Both the position numbers and the translations under genes were made by a program. From NCBI GenBank assembly GCA_903813345.2, contig CAIIXF020000001.1:8556001-8620000 (forward strand): DNA of 64,000 bases. Reading direction: 5' to 3'. The notes beneath the pieces were generated by a model. The model ran no database searches, had not been told where the DNA came from, and saw only the letters and a program-made list of their open reading frames with translations. The DNA is from Owenia fusiformis (lineage: Eukaryota). Below are positions 54,501-64,000 of this stretch, piece after piece (the stretch's first letter is position 1; each line of letters starts with the position of its first letter).

Positions 54501-57500
54501 ACTACTTACATGATTCAATGTGATTTTTTCTGTAAGTATTGCAACTTACAATTTGATCACAAATCCTTGTTTATTTTAGGAATGATTGCTGTACAATTTT
54601 CTATATGTAAAAATCATTAGAGTCAATAGTATAAAAGTAACCATTTGTATGATTGTATAATCATGTTAGTAATGCTTTCTTGCAGAGAAGCCCAGATTCC
54701 TGACAGAGCCAACTGATATTGCAGTGACATTTGGTCACACTGCCCACTTTCAATGTAGGGCAGATGGGGATCCTGCACCTGAAATCATATGGCTCAAAAA
54801 CAGGTAAAATCTCCACTTGGTGGTTCTGAAATAAATCCAGTAAAACTTGGTGTGTGTAATATTTGATGAATAATGATTAACAAATTATGTGAAATCATGT
54901 GAAGGTAGTTCGTCCCCTGATGTTGCAGTAACATTAGAAACTATTTTAATTGCATACTGCACATTATTTATTCCACTTAATTTGGAATTAATATTTTTCT
55001 CTAGCAATGAGATTGTAACAAATAGCATAGAGAGTCGCTACAAGATCCGCTCAGATGGCACACTGATGATTGAAGACACTACCGAATATGACCAGGGTGT
55101 ATATGAGTGTGTCGCAAGGAATCTTGCAGGAGAGGTGAAAGCAGTTGGAGCAAAGCTACGTTACCTAAGTGATCCAGGTAAACCTTTTATTTATGATATT
55201 TTTATGGTTGATTGAAGAAATACACCTCGTCGATATGCAATCTTAAGGTTGTTCTATTAGTCCCCTTTAAGGTTTTTGGCTATGAAAGAATATATATTGA
55301 GAAAAATGGGTGAGAAAACCTGATGCCTATACTCATATAAGTTGGTCATTTTATGATTGTTCACTCGATTTTGTGAATGTTTGCCGAAAAAAATCCAATT
55401 TCCTTTAGAATGCTGATTAGCAATTTGAATTTATATGCTTTCATTGGTTCAAACAATCGCTATGGAAACATGTACACAATACTTCATAGTGTGCGATTTC
55501 AAAAAATAACAACAAATGGCTAATGTATTAGATTTGTCTTCACATTTTACATGTTTATGCAATATATTTGCATTCTTTGCAAAGAAATCATATTTTTAAT
55601 CATTGCATTTCATATTTTGTTATAGCGGTTAATCGTAAAGGTAATATAAATCTATAATGCTATTGTTAGCTGTAGTCTACAATTTGCATAAACAGATGCA
55701 TGATTCTTTACATATAGACAGATAGCACTATATTGAACCAGTTCAGGACTGACTCGTGTTTTTCTTGTTGCTTGAAATATTGGTCATTAGTTTTCAATTA
55801 TTATTTAATTGCCTGTGCTTTCAAAAGTTATGGTCATGTTATTATTGCACTGCAGTTTTGAAGATGCTTGAAGCTTGTGGAAAATATTTTATGGATACAG
55901 CTTGATACACATCATTGCATATCTGTTATATATTGTTTTGCTTTACTTATTTTGTACATTATCACTACATAATGTACCATTCAAAGGCTTTCGTGAGACC
56001 ACCGAACACTTGGGAATTTTGACAAAAAAAGTCAAATTCCCCCTGCCTGATACCCATCCCCCAGGACAATACTGTGTGTTTATTTTCCTGATTCTCCACA
56101 AATCCTTTCAAATCTTTTTACAAACTTTTGAATGGTGCATAACTATGAATGAGCTGAATCATTTCCTTTCATATCAATAATGTAAAAGCTTCATTGGTTT
56201 GCACTGTTGGAGCAACAATTCTTCTATAAGGTGTGCCTTGTTTTAAGAAAAAAAGCTTTCAAAATTTTGCCTTTGGCATCAGTAAGCAATGCTACATGTA
56301 AAAGTTTCAAATACATGAGCAAAATAGTACATTTTACAAGGCATACCTTCTAATATTAAAGGATTTTTGAAAATGACATTATATTGATAGCATTGAATGT
56401 GATGAAATCAAGCTTGGGGTGGTCATAAAGAATGTACATTGTCCAGGGTGTCTTGAATTGTGCATTGAAGGATTTATTAGCAGTTCTTATTGTCATACAT
56501 TTGCTTTGTTTAGAACCCTGCTTTATTTGTCATCATTTATTTCAGCGGATCCTATAAATACAACAGCAAAACCAAATAGTTTTTACTTTGGAGGTTTGTA
56601 TATGTGTGAATCTAATGCTAGATGTTTGCTCCCTCCCCTTCCCCCTAGATATAACCATCTAATGTAGTTGTATATAAAACCTATTAGTGGTGGGATATCC
56701 TCTAGATGATTTTCATGATTTTACTCATCCCTATATGTAAACTCAAAACCTCCCTTCACAGATGAGGAAATTATGAAAATTCTCAATGTGATGTAATATG
56801 TACCTCCTTGATTCTGACTGTCGAGATATTTCATGTTTAATGATATGATTTGTATAATAATAGTGCATGTTAATTGTCAATACTGGTTTAACATATAAAA
56901 AAAGATTATGTTTCATTAATGTCTCTAATGATAAGTATTTCATTTTATTTTAATTTAAAAATGAACATTTAACTTTAACATTATTTTCAATTTTAATTTG
57001 GTTTGAAATATTAAAAATATGTCATTTCATCTTTTTAAATCTGACTAGATTTTTTTCTTAATATAATAATGCTTTGCTGAATCTAATAATGTTATGAAGC
57101 CTAATATGTTACATTGAACTGTTTTATTGTATTGATATCATAACAAATGTTAAAATAAAACACTCAATATCCACCAGTAGTATTTTTAGATAAACCATTT
57201 ACTTCTTTGCATTCATCCAAAATGAGTATAGGTCAATAGTAGTGGGCACATTTATTACATCACATATTATTAGTCCAGATTAGTTTAAACACATTTACAG
57301 TAGTGCTGTTTTTCAAGAACTATCATAGTCGATATGGCTGTCAAACTTGAAAAATCTATAAAATACCTTCATTGCATCTGGCCATATCTACTTGTATATA
57401 CATATTTAGCAAAATAATATACAGCTAGATTTTATGTACACGATTCCTAGTTCAGATTGTATTTTATAGAATTAGCAGTTTTGGCAGCCATGACAACTCA

Positions 57501-60500
57501 TAATAGTCCTTTATTAACTACTTATTATTTCGCAAATCCTGATTTTTATGTCACCACCACGAAGTGGGGACATATTGTTATAGCTTTCAATTTTTTTGCC
57601 TGACATTCAGTTTGGGCAGTTGGTGGTTTCGTAACCATTTGCAAAAAAATACCAGGTGGTGACATTATGCCATTTTTGCCTTGTTTGATTTTGGTAGAAT
57701 TTTATATATTTTTCATGGATACAGAAATGAGAAACATATGAAAGTTAGTTTTATCCTTACAGAAATAACCACAACTGAGGGGCTCACTTCAGGTATGGGT
57801 TCTACAATATGATTCTATAACATGTGTGATGCTAACAATCTAACCTCCTCTCCAGAGCGACCTGCTTTCGTTACTCGTCCCAATGACCTGAACATTGTAC
57901 AAGGACTCAACATAAGACTGGAGTGTTCAGCCAGAGGTACACCACCCCCAGAGATTACATGGACCAAGAATGATCTCCCCTTACCCAGGAATAGGAGAAT
58001 CTCAGCCAGCCCCCAGGGCATCTTGCAGATTATAAATGTCCAGTTTGAAGACAGAGGGATCTACCGCTGTACTGCATCTAACAACATAGATACGCTACAT
58101 ACAACAGCTCGGGTCTTGGTTCAAGGTACCTACACCCCTTTTATGCCATCTGATACACATATGGACTGCTCCATCCATCAATATGGACCAGTTCATATTG
58201 TTGCATAGGGGTGATACCTCAGCCTTTCAAGAGCTCATTATTTCAGAGGCATGCAGAATCAGTTTAGGAGACACAGCTTATTTTGCTTTTAAAGCTTTAT
58301 TTATCTTAACAATATGTGTTGGATGGGGCTTTGCATATTCGATGTAACTTACAAAAGTAAGTAAACAAAACAGAAAAAAACATTTTCAGTTTATGTCGCC
58401 ATGTATCAATTTTCTAAATTCAAAATGGATATTTGAACTCCTAGAGTTTATCATGATAAAATGAATTTTAATTTTAGGAGGTTTATTCATTAAATTTCCT
58501 CAATTCTTCCACTCCTTATGCCAAAACCTATTGCACTTATTCATATTATGTAAGTTTAGATACTGAAGATTATTAAATAAGAAAAAGGACAATGTATTTC
58601 ACTTACGAATTGACTTTTGCTTATATTTTGCATAACTGATTGTGGGTTCTGTTTTGTATGTGAATTATTGTCCTCATGTAGTAGTTATGTAGGTAAGCTG
58701 TGTCTCCTATTCTCCTGCTATTACACTCTACTATGTATACAGTAGATAAGAGATCTTCTTGAAACATTTCCTAAGACCTCCAATACTTTCTGTAGAAGTT
58801 GCTTTACTGCCAATCGTAGAAATTCTCACTCACATGCTTTATTTTTTGTTTTATTTATTTTAGTTGAAAATTTGTTATTTCAATTATTGTTATATTATTT
58901 TACTCACATTGCGACTATTGCTAAAAGGGGTACTTTGAGGAGTAAATGGATAAGCATACTCATTTATTTAAAAGTATTTTTGCTCTCCAAAATCTCTATT
59001 TTGAGACAAGCATGTTTTGTTTCAGTCAAGCAATCATAAAATTAAATTAAATTCAAAATGAGTAACTTTTTATAAATACATATGTTATCATATTGAACAG
59101 TATCATCATTTATTTAATTTGTTTTGAGATGTTGATGCCGCACAATACAGTCTTATATATCAATTATATCAAAAGGACAAATTTACTTACCAAGGTATTT
59201 TGCTAAAATTTGAGACTAATATGCGATAGACGCAATGCATCGCTTCAAGTGGGATAAATTTTCATTGGTCCATTGATTGAACCAAATTCTCCCAACCTTA
59301 AAACAATGTTTAGTTTTAGTCTATGGTTGCATATTATTACAGTTAAACCAACCCTCACTGAGAAGCCTAGAGACCAAACTATCATAGAGGGTCATGGAGT
59401 ACAGTTTGTTTGTCGTCCTGAGGGTCATCCCAACCCTGTCATAACATGGACCAAAGATGGTAGGTCTTTCTTTCGAAAGCTTGATGTTTTATTGTGAAAC
59501 CACCCCAAACAGTGTTTAATTTTGAATCAGCTCAAACCTTCTTCTTTGCTCTTTCTCATTTATCAGTAACTTTTTGGAAATGGAGATTTAAACATGCACA
59601 ATCAATTTTATGTCTGTCCTTTTCCCCAATGATTTCATTTGCAAAATATATTATCTTTCAGGTGATCCAATTCCTGATTCAGGAAGGCATAGAATTACAA
59701 GTGCCGGGGCTGTTTTGAAGATAGATCAGGTCACTAGTGAAGATGAAGCCATCTACAAGTGTCTGGCAGTAAATATAGCAGGAAGGGCTGATGCTGCTGC
59801 CCAACTTCGTGTCAGACCTACAGGTGCAGAATATGTTATTTGGATTACTCATTGTACTTACATTTCTTTTTCTTCAACCATGTACTTGACATAGATAAGG
59901 GTTATGTACTTGGAGGTTTTGGATATAGGGTTTATCCAGAGGGAGATATGCATATCTACCTGAGGGACCGTAGGGACCAAAGGTAGATGTGCATATCTCA
60001 CGAGGGATGGACCCAATATCCAAACCGACCGTGCATAACTGCTTTATCCTATACCAAGTAGAGTTTTCTAATTTTCTTTCAATTTTTTATCTTACCAACT
60101 TATCTCCCTAAAACTCTACTTGGCAAAGGATAATGACAGATATCAATATGTGATTGTTCTCTGCAGGAAATAAATTCATCTTATTGATATATTGCAATTG
60201 AAGAACATGTTTCATGTTATTCTCTGACCATTATTTGGCATTCATGTAATATTCAATGTCATTGCTTAATTCCAGTACCTCCTCAATTCACCCGAATTCC
60301 CTCAAACACTCAAATACATGCCCTAACCCACCTCCTGCTAGAATGTGCTGCCAGTGGTGACCCACAGCCAACCATCCGCTGGAAGAAAGATGGTCTCCTA
60401 GTCCCACAGAACCGACGTGTCATTACCTCACAGAGTGGAGATCTCACAATATTTAACATAACCACAGATGATGGTGGGACCTATGAGTGTGAAGCTGAAA

Positions 60501-63500
60501 ATAGCGGTGGTTTTGTTTCTGCACCTGCGAGAGTGTATGTACTTGGTGGGTATTAATTCACCGTCATATTTATTGTTTGAACTTGAATGCTATACATCAT
60601 CATATCATGTGCCTTGTGCTTCATACAGTGTTCCAGCGTCAAATCACTTATGTTCAGTCAAACAGCAGTGTGCCTCGTATATTGTGTCTTTCATAGTATA
60701 GTGCATTTCATTTCAGGTAATGAAATTCCATTTGATGGCGATGTGTTTGTTCGGAATGCAATTGATGAAGCTATCAACAATGTTGACAATGCTATCAATC
60801 AGACTAAACGTGAACTACATGATCGTACAAGGAAAAGGACCCCTCAAGACCTGTTGGCCTTATTCCGCTACCCATCCAACAATGCCCAGCAACTAGGGAG
60901 GGCTGCTGAAGTGTATGAGAGAACTCTAGAGCTTATATATAACCAGGTGCACGAAGCTAAGACAAATTACAATGTATCTGGATCAAGTAAGTGACACCTA
61001 TAATATACAATACATGTATTCTTATTTTTACTTAAGTTCTGGCTTGAAACATGTGATAGTGCAAATAGATGGAACAGATCAAACACTGGTCTTTAATGAC
61101 TTTAGTTTGTAACACAGAGTTAAGTACATACATGATATAATTTTAGAAATGCGCTTTGAAGACATCATCTCTCCATCTCATCTGAATTTGATTGCCAATA
61201 TGTCAGGGTGTCAGACTCACCGTCAAACTGTGGACTGTCGAGATATGTGCTATCATCAGAAGTACAGGACACTTGATGGTACATGTAATAATCTGCAGAA
61301 AACAATGTGGGGTTCCTCATTAACACCATTGAAGAGACTACTGAGACCTCATTATGACAATGGATTCAGCACACCAGTAGGTCAGTGGATCTAAATTACT
61401 AACTACTTAAGAAATTAATTCTAGATTGAATCTACTGAAATCTTGCTGCATATTTTAAAGCAAAGGATGGCTTGTTTCATTCATAGTACTATATTTCTAA
61501 AGTATAACCAACTTGCATAATACAATATACACAAATATGCATATAAACATCAGCAGTTTGTTTTATATTCAGGATGGAATCGAACTAAGCTTCATTTTGG
61601 CCATCCAAAACCCAGCGCTCGTCTCATCTCCACTCAGATTGTGTCAGCCTCTCGTGTAGAGCCGGATGAACAATATACACATATGTTGATGCAATGGGGT
61701 CAGTTCCTTGACCACGATATGACCTTCACCCCTATGGCTGTCAGTAACGCTCAGTTCAGTAATGGAGCTCATTGCAATGAGACATGTGAAAATGTTTCTC
61801 CATGTTTCCCAATTAATGTCCCGCCTCATGATCCAAGGATCCATCGACATCGATGCATGGGTGTTACTCGGTCCAGTGCCATCTGTGGATCAGGGATGAC
61901 ATCAGTATTCTTCCGGAATGTTCATCATAGAGAACAAATGAACCAAATCACTGCATTTATTGATGCATCAAATGTGTATGGAAGCTCTGAGGAAGACTCT
62001 CATGATCTCAGGGATCTATCGTCAGAACGTGGATTATTGAGAACTGGCTTGATTCTAAATAATGGGAAACATCTATTACCTTATAATGTTGATGCCCCAG
62101 TTGACTGTCAGGTGGACCCTAACAATGCTCATATTCCTTGTTTCCTGGCTGGGGACCATCGTGCCAATGAGCAGCTAGGTTTGCTCTCTATGCATACTAT
62201 ATGGATGAGGGAACACAACCGTGTGGCTACTGAGTTACTCAGACTTAATCCACATTGGGATGGTAACATGTTGTTTCACGAGGCTAGGAAAATAGTAGGT
62301 GCTCAGATGCAACATATAACATACAATGAGTGGCTTCCAAAGATCCTAGGAACTAATGGTATGGAACAGCTAGGGGTATACAAGGGCTACGATCCAACCA
62401 TTGACCCAACTATTTCAAATGTATTTGCTACTGCTGCATTTAGATTTGGGCATACACTGATCAACCCATTTATATATCGGCTGAATGCAACATTCCAGGA
62501 AACCAGGGAGGGACATCTCCCCTTACACAAGGCATTCTTTGCACCATTTAGGATTGTTGAAGAGGGTGGCATTGATTCAATAATAAGAGGTATGTTTGGA
62601 GTAGGGGCTAAAAAGTTCAAACCAGACAATCTTCTGAACACAGAGCTAACGGAGAAGCTGTTCAAACTGGCCCATGCTGTGGCTCTAGATCTGGCTGCAC
62701 TTAACATCCAACGAGGACGGGACCATGGACTCGCTTCATATAATGAATGGAGAAAATTTTGTGGCCTTTATGAAGCAGAAACATTTGATGACCTTGCCCC
62801 TGAGATACAAGACAATTATATAAGGCGCAAACTAGCAGATATATATGGTCATCCAGGTAAGAAATTATTTCGTCTGTAATGTAGTAAATATGCAAGTTCC
62901 TGGAGTTATCTTATATGCAATTAACTTTCTCACAACAATTATACTCGTACATGACCCGTGTCCATACATTCTAGATTAAAATCTGTAAACTGAGACAGCA
63001 TTAGCAAAAGATTAGGCTTAAAAGTAAAAGACATTGAGGTTATTGTATGAGTACCTGTGCAAGATCGTCCATTCTTGATGAGCTTTGAAAATTCTTCTTG
63101 CACATGTGACTTTTTAGGATGTAAGATGGGAATATCTTGCATGGAGTAAAGATGGCTGTATCTTTGATAATCATATTAGAAAATAGAAACGTATGAATTG
63201 GAGGTATGTTATTTTACTTCAAGACTGCGATAGTACACCCAGCAATGGTTTTCTTTCAGGAAACATTGATCTTTGGTTGGGAGGTCTGGTGGAGGACTCC
63301 TTAGATGGAAGTATGTTGGGACCAACCTTCCAATGCATCTTACAGGACCAGTTTAGGAGAAATAGAGATGGGGATAGGTCAGTATATTAGTCAGCTAATG
63401 CATTCATATGTAAAGTAGTCTCTGATTCAAAAGATTCTCCATTTAGCCTAAAATCATTGTTGGATGACACTTCCCTTTACTCTGGATGGAGGACTAAGAA

Positions 63501-63732
63501 TACAATTGAATATACTTTTTCAGGTTTTGGTATGAGAACCCCGGTGTTCTGAAGCCTGGTCAATTGACTGCTATAAAGCAAACTTCTCTGGCACGTGTCT
63601 TATGTGACAATGGTGATGATATTAAGAGGGTCCAGCGAGATGTATTTAAGAGAGCTGACATTAGACATGAATACAAGGATTGTGAAGAACTCCCATATGT
63701 AGACTTAAAACTTTGGACTGATTGTTGCCATG
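27387..63732 (+). CDS. PXDN: Peroxidasin (signal peptide, LRRNT, LRRs, LRRCT, 4 Ig, heme peroxidase); 3' end lies beyond the window
   Basis: Exons: 27387-27535, 39047-39118, 41736-41807, 48190-48261, 48861-48932, 52953-53024, 54130-54293, 54686-54803, 55005-55177, (57763-57792 candidate microexon), 57856-58125, 59343-59459, 59662-59823, 60276-60545, 60717-60986, 61147-61380, 61573-62856, 63260-63377, 63524-63732. N-terminus [35 protein letters not shown]. Peroxidase motifs [32 protein letters not shown] and RDGDRFWYEN. The last exon ends at donor G|gtttgt with no stop. Confidence 0.96.
27695..27980. repeat. Dispersed repeat, diverged copy 1 (partner at 33342-33691)
   Basis: Shares blocks ccctttgcatt..aaaagagag.ttc.tcttcac, gaactcacc..gccaa, gctgattg and ggggct.ctaaac with copy 2. 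Confidence 0.7.
30259..30976. mobile_element. Tc1/mariner-type MITE enclosing a 26-bp minisatellite
   Basis: ta-cagggtggtccacaaaatgcagcc ... gggttgcatattttggggtcacgttg-ta imperfect TIRs. Confidence 0.55.
30340..30865. repeat. 26-bp minisatellite (aaagcacttcaaggataatgtgtatg)n
   Basis: Tandem units are clearest at 30590-30860, with alternating variants forming a 52-bp dimer. Confidence 0.9.
31914..32037. repeat. Palindromic hairpin element
   Basis: aatgatttgaagtgtaatacaggatatattgtgctc ... gagcacaatatatcctgttttgcacttcatatcatt. Confidence 0.75.
33342..33691. repeat. Dispersed repeat copy 2, CpG-richer, with terminal hairpin; possible minus-strand Helitron/Helentron derivative
   Basis: Homologous to 27695-27980. 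The left end has the hairpin gacgtgttgccc-tga-gggaacaagtc. It contains CCAAT/ATTGG motifs and GGGGCGGGG. Confidence 0.6.
36498..36664 (+). mobile_element. Short, diverged HINE family A copy
   Basis: atgtcactatcacaagtggtaat ... ggtagtgacattttgcatgttaatgccttgt. Confidence 0.7.
37867..38031. mobile_element. Tc1/mariner (pogo-like) MITE
   Basis: ta-tagtaaaatctgt ... acaggttttacta-ta. Confidence 0.55.
39047..53024 (+). CDS. PXDN: Peroxidasin exons 2-6: five 72-nt leucine-rich-repeat exons
   Basis: Each exon is exactly 72 nt, phase 2-2 and ends at a gtaagt donor: DLRFNHI.., LLNNNQL.., YLYKNKI.., YIHFNEI.., FLHNNKL.. Confidence 0.9.
40942..41130. mobile_element. Degenerate mariner-type MITE
   Basis: ta-caggttgggccaaaaacat ... 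atgtttttatgtcaccctg. Confidence 0.45.
44214..45232. mobile_element. Foldback MITE with CAC..GTG ends and 5-bp TSD (Transib/RAG-like by terminal signature)
   Basis: TIR arms of about 430 bp starting CACGCCCGGTGATCGTGAA and ending TTCACGATCACCGGGCGTG. AATCA is duplicated at 44209-44213 and 45233-45237. Confidence 0.88.
48956..49227. repeat. 67-bp tandem repeat x4
   Basis: The unit taagttttgcttgttaattgtgcccagt...aatcatcct starts at 48956, 49023, 49090 and 49157. Confidence 0.95.
51820..51890 (+). other. Degenerate tRNA-like segment (possible SINE head or tRNA-Met pseudogene)
   Basis: tgggtgccataaccacgaggttgcgagttcgag resembles an anticodon arm plus B-box (GTTCGA). The A-box and acceptor stem are not convincing. 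Confidence 0.3.
54130..60545 (+). CDS. PXDN: Peroxidasin LRRCT and four Ig domains
   Basis: [10 protein letters not shown]...CEYP, followed by four Ig repeats with CxAxG(D)PxPxIxW and DxGxYxCxAxN motifs. Confidence 0.92.
57543..57685 (+). mobile_element. Short HINE family A copy
   Basis: tttttatgtcaccaccacgaagtgggacat ... ggtggtgacattatgccatttttgccttgtt. Confidence 0.72.
59894..60050. repeat. Palindromic hairpin element
   Basis: gttatgtac..ttggatat..gagatatgcatatctacct | loop | aggtagatgtgcatatctc..atatccaaa..gtgcataac. Confidence 0.7.
60717..63732 (+). CDS. PXDN: Peroxidasin heme peroxidase domain exons
   Basis: [20 protein letters not shown] (distal His), DHRANEQ (distal Arg and heme-linking Glu), FRFGHT (proximal His). 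Large exon 61573-62856. Confidence 0.96.
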
Positions 63733-63750
63733 GTTTGTATAGATGTTTAT

Positions 63751-63838
63751 TATTATGTCACCACTAGCAAGTGAAGGTATATTGTTTAAGACCTCCATTT
63801 TGTGACTGGTTGGTGGCATTTGGTGTCTGTAACAATTG
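63751..63838 (+). mobile_element. 5' part of a HINE family A copy
   Basis: tattatgtcaccact..gtg..atattgtt ... ggttggtggcatttggtgtctgtaacaa. Confidence 0.55.
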
Positions 63839-64000
63839 CATAAGGGTTGTGAAAATGAGAAAGATTTTGAAGATTTGGATTGATGCTCACTATTCTATAG
63901 ACTGTTTTATGCAGAATTCAAATATTTAAATGTTTTGGGTCTAATAATTTAGATCGTACAGTTGTAATTTATGATAAAATCCATCATTGTCGTACCTATT

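Noticed and set aside
60821..60840. Basic stretch DRTRKR before the peroxidase domain as a furin site
   Set aside because: P4 is Thr, so it does not fit R-X-K/R-R. It is only a dibasic pair.
61644..62895. Minus-strand ORFs over the peroxidase exon
   Set aside because: Antisense shadows of peroxidasin.
900..63732. FYCO1-PXDN adjacency as a functional cluster
   Set aside because: No shared pathway or regulatory evidence in the sequence; tandem neighbours only.

Overview
AT-rich animal genomic DNA with GT-AG introns; the repeat types suggest a marine invertebrate, possibly a lophotrochozoan, but that is inference. The window holds two + strand multi-exon genes. (1) A complete FYCO1-like autophagy adaptor (RUN, long coiled coil, FYVE, LIR, GOLD): 23 coding exons at 900-20099, 5148 nt, 1715 aa by my splice reconstruction. 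(2) A peroxidasin (signal peptide, LRRs, 4 Ig, heme peroxidase) from 27387 that runs off the right edge. Introns and the intergenic region are rich in non-autonomous DNA transposons: Helentron-associated (HINE/DINE-1-like) elements with internal satellite arrays, hAT, Kolobok and Tc1/mariner MITEs, a CAC..GTG foldback with a 5-bp TSD, a 1.2-kb foldback, and a 3.3-kb palindrome made of two head-to-head halves of a decayed XPG-like/Cys-rich (AcademX-like) transposon gene. I found no clearly new multi-gene system. The best leads are the 3.3-kb palindrome, a HINE inserted into an acceptor's polypyrimidine tract, the Transib/RAG-like MITE and a candidate 30-nt peroxidasin microexon. All coordinates were read by eye.
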